From positions 6,293-38,292 of the forward strand of contig JAPYVP010000005.1 of NCBI GenBank assembly GCA_028276785.1: a stretch of 32,000 nt of DNA, in the 5' to 3' direction. The position numbers and the translations under genes are program-made. The notes under the pieces were generated by a model, which ran no database searches, was not told where the DNA came from, and worked only from the letters and a program-made list of their open reading frames with translations. Positions within the stretch are counted from its first letter, which is position 1; every line of letters starts with the position of its first letter. The DNA is from Candidatus Nanopusillus sp. GTDB lineage: Archaea > Nanobdellota > Nanobdellia > Nanobdellales > Nanobdellaceae. Shown here in pieces: positions 1 to 6,824 of this stretch.

Positions 1-591
1 TTGTATGCTATATTTGTTATATTTATAGGATTATCTATTTCTATATTAAATACAATTAAACCATTGATAGTAAGCCAAATTTCAGCTTCTACTGTTCAAA
101 CATCTTTTAATTTCTTTTCTTCTTCAATAGATTATCCTTGGTTAAAATTTATTACAGCTTTATCAATAATTTTAGTAGGGATTTCATCATCAATTGTAAT
201 GGGTATTGCTGAAAGCGGAAAAATAAGATCTTCTGTAAAACATTTAGCAATAAATAATTTAATAGGACTGTTGTCCATAATAATATTTGTTTTACCATCT
301 TTTGTATCATTTAATTTGCAAGTTTTTCCGACAAATGCTTATATATACACCCCAATAAATATACAAATATATGGATATATTGATGCACAACCAATAACAA
401 ATGCTCCATTAGCAATATATGTAATAAATTCAACTGGAGACTATGTTTATCAAAATTTTCAAATATTACAGAATGGATACTATTCTCAGTCTATTACTTT
501 AAATAATACCGGTACATATATTATAGAAGCTATATTGGATTATAATGGTAAAAAATACGTACAAAAGCAGAGCATTAATGTAACAATATGA
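1..591 (+). CDS. Polytopic membrane protein, probably 5'-truncated by the window edge, with a C-terminal beta-rich extracellular domain; possibly the C-terminus of a FlaJ/TadC-type pilus platform protein
   Basis: Frame is open from nt 1. Three hydrophobic helices (YAIFVIFIGLSISIL, LKFITALSIILVGISSSIVMGIA, LIGLLSIIIFVLPSFV) precede ~100 aa of Y/N/T-rich beta-type sequence. Its stop overlaps the next start (ATGA, 588-591). The platform-protein idea rests only on context, since a pilin-like gene follows. Confidence 0.6.
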   Translation: MYAIFVIFIGLSISILNTIKPLIVSQISASTVQTSFNFFSSSIDYPWLKFITALSIILVGISSSIVMGIAESGKIRSSVKHLAINNLIGLLSIIIFVLPSFVSFNLQVFPTNAYIYTPINIQIYGYIDAQPITNAPLAIYVINSTGDYVYQNFQILQNGYYSQSITLNNTGTYIIEAILDYNGKKYVQKQSINVTI

Positions 592-1274
592 AGTCTCAAA
601 GTTGGATTGAAGTATTAATTACACTTGCTGTATTTTTATACATTATAATTTATATTTATCAGAGTATAGTTAGTGGAGTAGCACAGTATTCATCTGGATT
701 GTACAAAATGACTGAATATCAAAAATTATATACTAGTTCATTTTATTTTTCTCAATTCTATGATCCACGGCAAGTATATAATTATTTAAATTTTTCTTTT
801 TCATATTATTATGCCCCAAAAGTTATATTTTTGTCTACAAATCCATATATTTGTAACAATTGCATAGAATTTTTTTATAATACTAGTTCAAATAGTATAG
901 GAATAATACAGAGATCTTATATAAATGTATCATCAGTTTTGCAAGTTTACATATATGGATCAACACAGAATATTAGCATAATAAATAATTCAGCATATTA
1001 TAGTTGTTATAATCATCTAAGTTCATCTTTTTTTACTGTATATACAAGAACTTATTTATATTGTAATTTTAATTTAATTGGAAACTCTAGTATTTACATA
1101 AATACAAATGAAAAATTTTTAATTATAAATAATTATAATACTGTACTATATTTGTATAATGGAGATAAGATTGTTGGTCTTCCAAATATATTAATAAATA
1201 TTTATCCGACAGTACATTTAAATTATTTTCAATATTTTAATGGCTCTATAAATTATATATCTTTATATGGATAA
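588..1274 (+). CDS. Pilin-like secreted protein with a putative class III (prepilin-type) signal peptide
   Basis: N-terminus MKS/QSWIEVLITLAVFLYIIIYIY has a short charged n-region, a small residue, Gln at +1, Glu at +5 and a ~20-aa hydrophobic helix. The rest is Cys-containing, N-x-S/T-rich and beta-type. Translationally coupled to the upstream membrane protein. Confidence 0.6.
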   Translation: MKSQSWIEVLITLAVFLYIIIYIYQSIVSGVAQYSSGLYKMTEYQKLYTSSFYFSQFYDPRQVYNYLNFSFSYYYAPKVIFLSTNPYICNNCIEFFYNTSSNSIGIIQRSYINVSSVLQVYIYGSTQNISIINNSAYYSCYNHLSSSFFTVYTRTYLYCNFNLIGNSSIYINTNEKFLIINNYNTVLYLYNGDKIVGLPNILINIYPTVHLNYFQYFNGSINYISLYG

Positions 1275-1281
1275 TGAAAAA

Positions 1282-1289
1282 TTTATATA
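1282..1289 (+). promoter_or_regulatory. TATA-like box (TTTATATA, preceded by an A-rich BRE-like GAAAAA) upstream of tRNA-Lys
   Basis: Located 30-37 nt upstream of the mature tRNA 5' end, which implies a short leader needing RNase P processing. Confidence 0.3.
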
Positions 1290-1318
1290 AGAATCGCAAA
1301 TATAAATTAAATATTGCT

Positions 1319-1392
1319 GGGCCCGTAGCTTAGTCTGGTAAAGCGTCGGGCTTTTAACCCGAAGATCGGGGGTTCGAATCCCCCCGGGCCCG
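1319..1392 (+). tRNA. tRNA-Lys (anticodon UUU), no intron, CCA not encoded
   Basis: Hand-folded cloverleaf: acceptor GGGCCCG/CGGGCCC, D stem GCTT/AAGC, anticodon stem TCGGG/CCCGA, loop CTTTTAA, variable AGATC, T arm GGGGG-TTCGAAT-CCCCC, discriminator G. Confidence 0.95.
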
Positions 1393-1434
1393 GGTTCGAT
1401 TATCATAAATGATTAAGGTTATTAGCAATCATAA

Positions 1435-1443
1435 TTTTATATA
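1435..1443 (+). promoter_or_regulatory. TATA-like box TTTTATATA for the surface-protein gene
   Basis: Centre lies ~27 nt upstream of ATG 1467. With no room for a leader or SD sequence, the mRNA is probably leaderless. Confidence 0.35.
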
Positions 1444-1466
1444 CGACAATATTTTCTAAATATATC

Positions 1467-1868
1467 ATGGAGATAAAGAAGATATTATATTTTATTACAA
1501 TAAATTTTCTATTGTTGATTTCTGCGCCTAATATATATTCACAAGTAGGAGCAGTTGTTGTTGGAAGTAATAGTGCTGTAGCTAATAGTATAACGTTATC
1601 TACAGCAAATTTATATTATTGTGTTGCTTCTTCCACCGGTTCAACCCTTACTCCAAGTTTTAATGTAATGGTAAATAACGGAGGTTATGCAGTAATTGGA
1701 AATTCCAGTACAAATTCATGTTCATTTACTACTACAGCTACAAGTTATGTGATAGGTGGGGTTTCTGTAAATAACTATTCAGTTCCAGTTATTTTAGCTA
1801 CTTTTACAAATACATATACTGCAACAAGTACGGTAACAATTCCATTTACAATTTCTGGACAAAAATAA
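1467..1868 (+). CDS. Segment 1 (frame 3) of a frame-interrupted large secreted surface protein: Sec-type signal peptide plus the first S/T/N-rich beta module
   Basis: MEIKKILYFITINFLLLISAPNIYSQ has an n-region, h-region and small residues. Composition and motifs continue seamlessly in frame 1 after the AAA TAA stop at 1863-1868. Confidence 0.85.
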   Translation: MEIKKILYFITINFLLLISAPNIYSQVGAVVVGSNSAVANSITLSTANLYYCVASSTGSTLTPSFNVMVNNGGYAVIGNSSTNSCSFTTTATSYVIGGVSVNNYSVPVILATFTNTYTATSTVTIPFTISGQK

Positions 1869-3648
1869 TACAGTATTAATATTATTATCTTCGGGGGGAA
1901 CAAGGAATGGAGGTACTATTAGTGGAGTAACATTACCTAGTGGATGTTCACAATTATTTTTAACATCTTCTGGAACTGCAGCTAGTGTATATGCTGCAGT
2001 ATGTAATAAATTAGCTCCTGGTACTTATAGTATCTCATTTACTGTTAATCGTGGTGCAGGATCAACAGTATATGTTTCTGCATTAGTATTAGGATTTCCG
2101 GTATTCACCTTTAATATTACAGGACCCAACAGTATAAGTGTTTATACAAATTATAATAATTCAACAACAATATATGTAAATCAATTAACAGGAAATACTG
2201 CTTTACCAGTTACTTTATCCTGTTCAACAAATAGTAGTTATTTATCTTGTTTATTATCAAATACAACTGTTACTCCAAATGCATCAGTAACATTAACTGT
2301 TACTGCATCATCATCAATTACCCCAGGTACATATTCAGTAACAATTTCAGGTACGGCACCAAATGGTGCTACAAATTCTACTACTATAACAGTTAATGTA
2401 CAACAATTATATAATAATCCACAAATATATATTATATCTCCATCTAACAATTCAATATCAAACTATTATCAATTAAATATATCATTTTATACAAATTATC
2501 CAAATGTAAATGTAACAATAAATGGAAATACATATAGTATAAGTGTAACACCAGGTAATAATGTTATTCAATTAAATTATCAGAATTCATCATACAATTT
2601 ACCAGGATTGTATAATATTATACCAAATGGAGGAAATATTACAATACAATTATCAACATCAAATCCATTAGGACAAATAAATTCAACTGGAATATATGTT
2701 TATACATTACCCCCACCAATATTTAATGTATCATATGCATATCCCACACCATCGAATGGTACACAAGAAAATATATGGTTACTAGGAATTAATACAAATA
2801 TATATGATAATACCTTAGGTCAATATTATTGTCAAATACAATTCTTAAATCAAACAAGTAATCAATGGGTAACAATAGCAAATTCATGTTCAGATATGTT
2901 GTATAATGGAATATTGCAACAATATGCAAAATTAGATAGTAATGGATACTATTCCATATGGTATAGGGTATATTCATATAATAATTATGGATTATATCAA
3001 TATACAAATCCACAAGTAATATATATAGCGCAAAATGCATATAATGTATCGGTGGTAAATAATACATTAAGCAATACACAAATACAGGGGATAATAGATT
3101 CTGCAATTAATAATTCAATACCAGTAGTAGTATTCCCTCCAGGAGTATATTTAGTAAACTTAGTAATAGATCCACAAGGTAAAAATATAACATTATTGGG
3201 ACAAAATGCAATATTTGAACCTGCAAATCCCGGATTACCAGTTATAGATATAAAATCCTCAAATGTAACAATACAAAATATAAATATTAATACAAATCTA
3301 TTTGCAATAAATGTAAATAATGGTGTGTTGAACATAATAAATTCAAATATAAATTCGGGATTATTCGGAATAAATGTAAAAAATCCGTCAGTAGTAAATG
3401 TATATAATTCTACAATAAAGGGAAATATAGGATCTATATATGGTTATATACAAAATTCAACAATAAGCAATACCAATATACAATCTTCTGTATGGGGTGT
3501 GTATATTAATAATCCATATAATGTAATAATAGATAATTCAAACATAAATGGACAAATATTTGGAGTATATCTTGATGGAACTGCAATAAATAACACAATA
3601 AAGAACAGTAATATAATTTCTAAATATATTTGGAATAAGAATAAATAA
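1837..3648 (+). CDS. Segment 2 (frame 1) of the same surface protein: Ig-like/CARDB-like modules followed by a parallel beta-helix (PbH1/NosD-like) domain; the ORF track shows only 2608..3648
   Basis: I translated 1837-3648 codon by codon: 604 codons with no stop. The first canonical start in frame is TTG 2608. 1870-2607 encodes ...PGTYSISFTVNRG...CSTNSSYLSCLLSNTTVTPNASVTLTVTASSSITPGTYSVTISGTAPNG.... The beta-helix entry motif IPVVVFPPGVYLVNLVIDPQGKNITLLG is followed by ~22-aa NSxIxxxxFGIxV repeats. Confidence 0.85.
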   Translation, partial: QFHLQFLDKNNTVLILLSSGGTRNGGTISGVTLPSGCSQLFLTSSGTAASVYAAVCNKLAPGTYSISFTVNRGAGSTVYVSALVLGFPVFTFNITGPNSISVYTNYNNSTTIYVNQLTGNTALPVTLSCSTNSSYLSCLLSNTTVTPNASVTLTVTASSSITPGTYSVTISGTAPNGATNSTTITVNVQQLYNNPQIYIISPSNNSISNYYQLNISFYTNYPNVNVTINGNTYSISVTPGNNVIQLNYQNSSYNLPGLYNIIPNGGNITIQLSTSNPLGQINSTGIYVYTLPPPIFNVSYAYPTPSNGTQENIWLLGINTNIYDNTLGQYYCQIQFLNQTSNQWVTIANSCSDMLYNGILQQYAKLDSNGYYSIWYRVYSYNNYGLYQYTNPQVIYIAQNAYNVSVVNNTLSNTQIQGIIDSAINNSIPVVVFPPGVYLVNLVIDPQGKNITLLGQNAIFEPANPGLPVIDIKSSNVTIQNININTNLFAINVNNGVLNIINSNINSGLFGINVKNPSVVNVYNSTIKGNIGSIYGYIQNSTISNTNIQSSVWGVYINNPYNVIIDNSNINGQIFGVYLDGTAINNTIKNSNIISKYIWNKNK

Positions 3649-4201
3649 CGGAAATAATAATATTATAGTAAATAATAGTGTACAATCAAACATATTTGGA
3701 ATATATTTAACATCATCAGGAAATAATATAAAAAATGTTTATATAAAAGTAGGACAAGTATTTGGATTGTATATAACTCAACCAAATAACATAATAAATG
3801 TAACAACATATGGTGGATTGTTTGGATATTATTTAACAGGTAATGCAGCAAATATATCTTTATATAATTCACAATTGGGAATTGCAATATATGGAAGCGG
3901 ATATATAAATAATTTGACAACATCTACGGGAAGCGTAGACATATACTATAATAATTCACAAGGATTCATAAATAGTTTAAGTAGTATAATATATAATACA
4001 AAAGTAAATAATACATTATATAATTATTATGCAGGCATATCAATAATAGGAACTATAAATGGAAATATTACATTTATTAATTTGCCACCTGCTACTAGTT
4101 ATATTGTAGAAAGGATAGTAGCAAGTAATAGAAATATAATATCTACAAATAATACATTTATACCACAAGGATTTGGAAATTATCAACTATTTTATTCATA
4201 A
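3617..4201 (+). CDS. Segment 3 (frame 2) of the same surface protein: continuation of the beta-helix repeats and the C-terminal domain; the ORF track shows only 3767..4201
   Basis: Frame 2 is open from 3617. It reads NIFGIRINNGNNNIIVNNSVQSNIFGIYLTSSGNNIKNVYIKVGQVFGLYIT..., which is in register with the repeats of segment 2. Confidence 0.8.
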   Translation, partial: FLNIFGIRINNGNNNIIVNNSVQSNIFGIYLTSSGNNIKNVYIKVGQVFGLYITQPNNIINVTTYGGLFGYYLTGNAANISLYNSQLGIAIYGSGYINNLTTSTGSVDIYYNNSQGFINSLSSIIYNTKVNNTLYNYYAGISIIGTINGNITFINLPPATSYIVERIVASNRNIISTNNTFIPQGFGNYQLFYS

Positions 4202-4202
4202 A

Positions 4203-4220
4203 TTTTTTTAATAATTTTTT
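4203..4220 (+). terminator. Oligo-T tracts (T7 and T6) directly after the surface-protein stop
   Basis: AATTTTTTTAATAATTTTTTC. Archaeal RNA polymerase terminates at oligo-T runs. Confidence 0.3.
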
Positions 4221-4223
4221 CTT

Positions 4224-5018
4224 ATGAGTTTAGATACTTTAATATTAGCGGGAGGTTTTGCAAAGAGATTTAGACCATTATCAGATTATGTACCAAAACC
4301 ATTATTTCCAGTAGGCGGTGTACCTTTGATATATTATATAATAGAAAAAGCATTAGAAACTGGATCAGATGAAATAATTATATCTACAAATAAAAAATAT
4401 GAAAATCATTTTAGGCATATTCTAGCGTCATTATATTCTTTTTATGAACCATCTCAAATTGGAAAAATAAGATTGGTAATTGAACCATCAAGTTCTGAAG
4501 AAAATAAGCTTGGATCAATCGGTGGTTTACATTATGCAATAAAAGAGATGGGTATAAATAATAATCTATTAATATTGCTGGGAGATAATTTGTTTAGCTT
4601 TAATTTAAATAAAATAATTAAATTAGGAAATGAAAATAATTCTATAGCCTTAGCAATATATGATATAAAAAATTATGAGGATGCAAAAAATTATGGTGTA
4701 GTAAAATTAGAAGATAATATAATAAAGGAATTTTATGAAAAACCCCAAAATCCTCCATATACCACAATATCTACTGGAATATATTATATCCCAAAAGAAA
4801 AATTATATCTATTAGATGAATATATGAAGTCTAATTATAGTAAAGATTCTATGGGAAATTTCTTCGAATATTTAATAAAAAGGGGAGAAAAATTGTATGG
4901 ATATGTGTATGATGATGATAATGAATACTGGTTTGACATTGGTACGATAGAATCTTATCAAAGAGCAAATAATTTTGCAAATGAAAGAGGTTTATATAGA
5001 AGATGGATATGGCCATAA
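4224..5018 (+). CDS. Sugar-1-phosphate nucleotidyltransferase (NTP_transferase family)
   Basis: N-terminal LILAGGFAKRFRPLSDYVPKPLFPVGG matches the LAGGxGxRLxPLTxxxPKPL signature. GDNLF and GVV motifs follow. Confidence 0.8.
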   Translation: MSLDTLILAGGFAKRFRPLSDYVPKPLFPVGGVPLIYYIIEKALETGSDEIIISTNKKYENHFRHILASLYSFYEPSQIGKIRLVIEPSSSEENKLGSIGGLHYAIKEMGINNNLLILLGDNLFSFNLNKIIKLGNENNSIALAIYDIKNYEDAKNYGVVKLEDNIIKEFYEKPQNPPYTTISTGIYYIPKEKLYLLDEYMKSNYSKDSMGNFFEYLIKRGEKLYGYVYDDDNEYWFDIGTIESYQRANNFANERGLYRRWIWP

Positions 5019-5048
5019 ATAAAAGTTTTTCTTATAAATTATTTTTAG

Positions 5049-6824
5049 ATGATAAGATCTCCAATAATTGTTGTTTTAGGTCATGTTGGAGCTGGTAAAA
5101 CTTCTTTATTAGATAAGATTAGAAATACATCTTATGCAAAAAAAGAAGCTGGTGAAATGACCCAACATATTGGGGCTACGGAAGTATCAATTGATATAAT
5201 TAAGGAAATCTCAAAACCATTATTAAATTTGTTTAAATTTGACTTAAAAATCCCCTCTCTATTATTTATTGATACTCCAGGTCATGAAGTATTTAGTAAT
5301 TTAAGAAAAAGAGGGGGATCTGTTTCAGATTTAGCAATTATTGTTGTAGATATATTGGATGGTTTTCAGAAACAAACATATGAAGCAATAGAAATATGTA
5401 AGCAACTAAAAGTGCCTTTTTTAATTGCATTAAATAAAATAGATAAAATAGATGGATGGAAATCATATGAAAATAAACCATTTTTAGAAAGTATAAAATA
5501 CCAAGATCAAAAAGTAATAAATAAATTAGAAGAATATACATACAACATTGTGGCTAAATTATATGAATTGGGTTTTGATTCTGATAGATATGATAGAATA
5601 AAAGATTTTAGAAGACAGGTTGCGATAGTTCCAGTTTCTTCAAAAACTGGAGAAGGTATTCCAGATTTATTATTATTAATTGCTGGACTTTCTCAAAGAT
5701 ATTTAGAAGAAAAATTAAGAATAAATGTTGAAGGAAATGGAATTGGTGTAATTTTAGAAGTAAAGGAAGAAAAAGGTTTGGGTAGTGTAATAGATATGAT
5801 ATTATATGATGGTAAAATAAAAAAAGGTGATAAAATTGCATTTTTATCAAAAGATGGTATTAAAACAACAAAAGTAAAATTAATATTAAAACCTGTACCT
5901 TTAACAGATATTAGATTTGCTGGTAGAAATAAATTTAAAGAAATAGACGTAGCATACGCAGCAAGTGGTGTAAGGATATCTGCGGATGGATTAGATAATG
6001 CTCTACCAGGTTCTACAGTTTATGTATATAACGATGAAAAAGAATTAAAGGAAATAGAAAAAAAATTAAAAAAAGATATCGAAAACATAATATTTCAAAC
6101 TGATAAAGAAGGTATTATTGTTAAAGCAGATACTTTGGGATCTTTAGAAGTATTGGTAAAAATGTTAAAAGATAGGAATATTCCAATAAAAAAAGCAGAT
6201 ATAGGAGATATAAATAAGGAAGATGTAAATATAGCATTATCTATGAAGGAAAAATATCCACAATATTCTGTTATAGTTGGATTTAATATTGGGATAAATA
6301 AAAATGATGAAGAATATGTGAAATCTTCAAATATAAATTTAATAATATCAAATGTTATATATGATTTAATTGAAAAAATCGAGAAATATATTAATGATAT
6401 AAAATATAATAAAGAAAAAATATTAAAAGAATTGCCTCCAGTGGGGAAGATAAGAATATTAAAGGGAAATATATTTAGAAGATCAAATCCCGCAATTGTT
6501 GGAATTGAAGTTTTAGGAGGAGAAATAAGGAAGGATGTATATTTAATTAATTTAAATGGAAAAATAATTGGAAAAATTTTAGCAATACAAAAGGAGAAAA
6601 AGAATATGGATGTAGCTATAAAAAATGATAAGGTCGCTATATCCATAGATGATGCAATAGTTGGAAGAAATATATTTGAAGATGACATATTATATACCTT
6701 TATATCTGAAAATGATTATAGAAAATTTAAGGAAAATAAGGATCTCTTAAGTGATGAACAAAAAGAGATATTAAAAGAAATAGCAGGTATAATGAGAAAA
6801 GAAAATCCTGCCTGGGGGCTATAA
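5049..6824 (+). CDS. infB: Translation initiation factor aIF5B (IF2 family GTPase)
   Basis: G1 VLGHVGAGKTSLLDKIR, G3 DTPGHEVF, G4 LNKIDK, then the beta-barrel and C-terminal domains. The 591-aa length is typical. Confidence 0.95.
   Translation: MIRSPIIVVLGHVGAGKTSLLDKIRNTSYAKKEAGEMTQHIGATEVSIDIIKEISKPLLNLFKFDLKIPSLLFIDTPGHEVFSNLRKRGGSVSDLAIIVVDILDGFQKQTYEAIEICKQLKVPFLIALNKIDKIDGWKSYENKPFLESIKYQDQKVINKLEEYTYNIVAKLYELGFDSDRYDRIKDFRRQVAIVPVSSKTGEGIPDLLLLIAGLSQRYLEEKLRINVEGNGIGVILEVKEEKGLGSVIDMILYDGKIKKGDKIAFLSKDGIKTTKVKLILKPVPLTDIRFAGRNKFKEIDVAYAASGVRISADGLDNALPGSTVYVYNDEKELKEIEKKLKKDIENIIFQTDKEGIIVKADTLGSLEVLVKMLKDRNIPIKKADIGDINKEDVNIALSMKEKYPQYSVIVGFNIGINKNDEEYVKSSNINLIISNVIYDLIEKIEKYINDIKYNKEKILKELPPVGKIRILKGNIFRRSNPAIVGIEVLGGEIRKDVYLINLNGKIIGKILAIQKEKKNMDVAIKNDKVAISIDDAIVGRNIFEDDILYTFISENDYRKFKENKDLLSDEQKEILKEIAGIMRKENPAWGL

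Noticed and set aside
1319-1392. A first-pass parse of the tRNA anticodon loop as TTTTAAC, giving anticodon UUA, which would be an ochre suppressor and would have linked to the AAA-TAA junctions.
   Set aside because: Proper stem pairing is TCGGG/CCCGA, which makes the loop CTTTTAA and the anticodon UUU (Lys). It is an ordinary tRNA-Lys.
1370-1399. 8-nt repeat GGGTTCGA, in the T arm (1370-1377) and again across the tRNA 3' boundary (1392-1399). This could be an att-site remnant of an integrated element next to the adhesin gene.
   Set aside because: It is far too short for an integrase attachment duplication. No integrase or second copy bounds an island, and part of the repeat is simply the acceptor stem followed by TTCGA.
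1393-1466. Possible C/D-box sRNA or other ncRNA in the larger spacers: 1393-1466 (AATGATTA), 12898-12962 (AATGAGAT), 10224-10277 and 22866-22922.
   Set aside because: There is no proper C box (RUGAUGA) paired with a D box (CUGA) and no terminal stem. The spacers are fully accounted for by TATA boxes and oligo-T tracts.
1893-1916. G6 run and a perfect GGAGGT about 30-45 nt downstream of the first frameshift site, as a possible frameshift stimulator.
   Set aside because: Known SD-like stimulators of +1 shifting act a few nucleotides upstream of the site, not downstream. I could not find a convincing stem-loop, and the Gs simply encode Gly-Gly.
2238-3923. Antisense ORFs 2238-2450, 2789-3106, 2997-3335 and 3663-3923, opposite the surface-protein gene.
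   Set aside because: The plus strand carries a continuous repeat-structured protein with recognisable domains. The minus-strand products are low-complexity and overlap one another in different frames.
6095-6688. 197-aa antisense ORF inside infB. Similar long antisense ORFs occur at 25621-26049 (in top6B), 26446-26772 and 26540-26725 (in top6A), 5338-5541, 5608-5850, 29889-30209 and 30275-30469.
   Set aside because: They are striking for such AT-rich DNA, but the sense genes are unambiguous conserved proteins. The sense strand is strongly purine (A)-loaded, so its complement is T-rich and depleted of TAA/TAG/TGA. For 6095-6688 a stop would require a T/C-ending codon followed by TAx or CAx, which the A-ending codon bias avoids. 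The products are F/I/L/S low-complexity sequences, so these are shadow ORFs.
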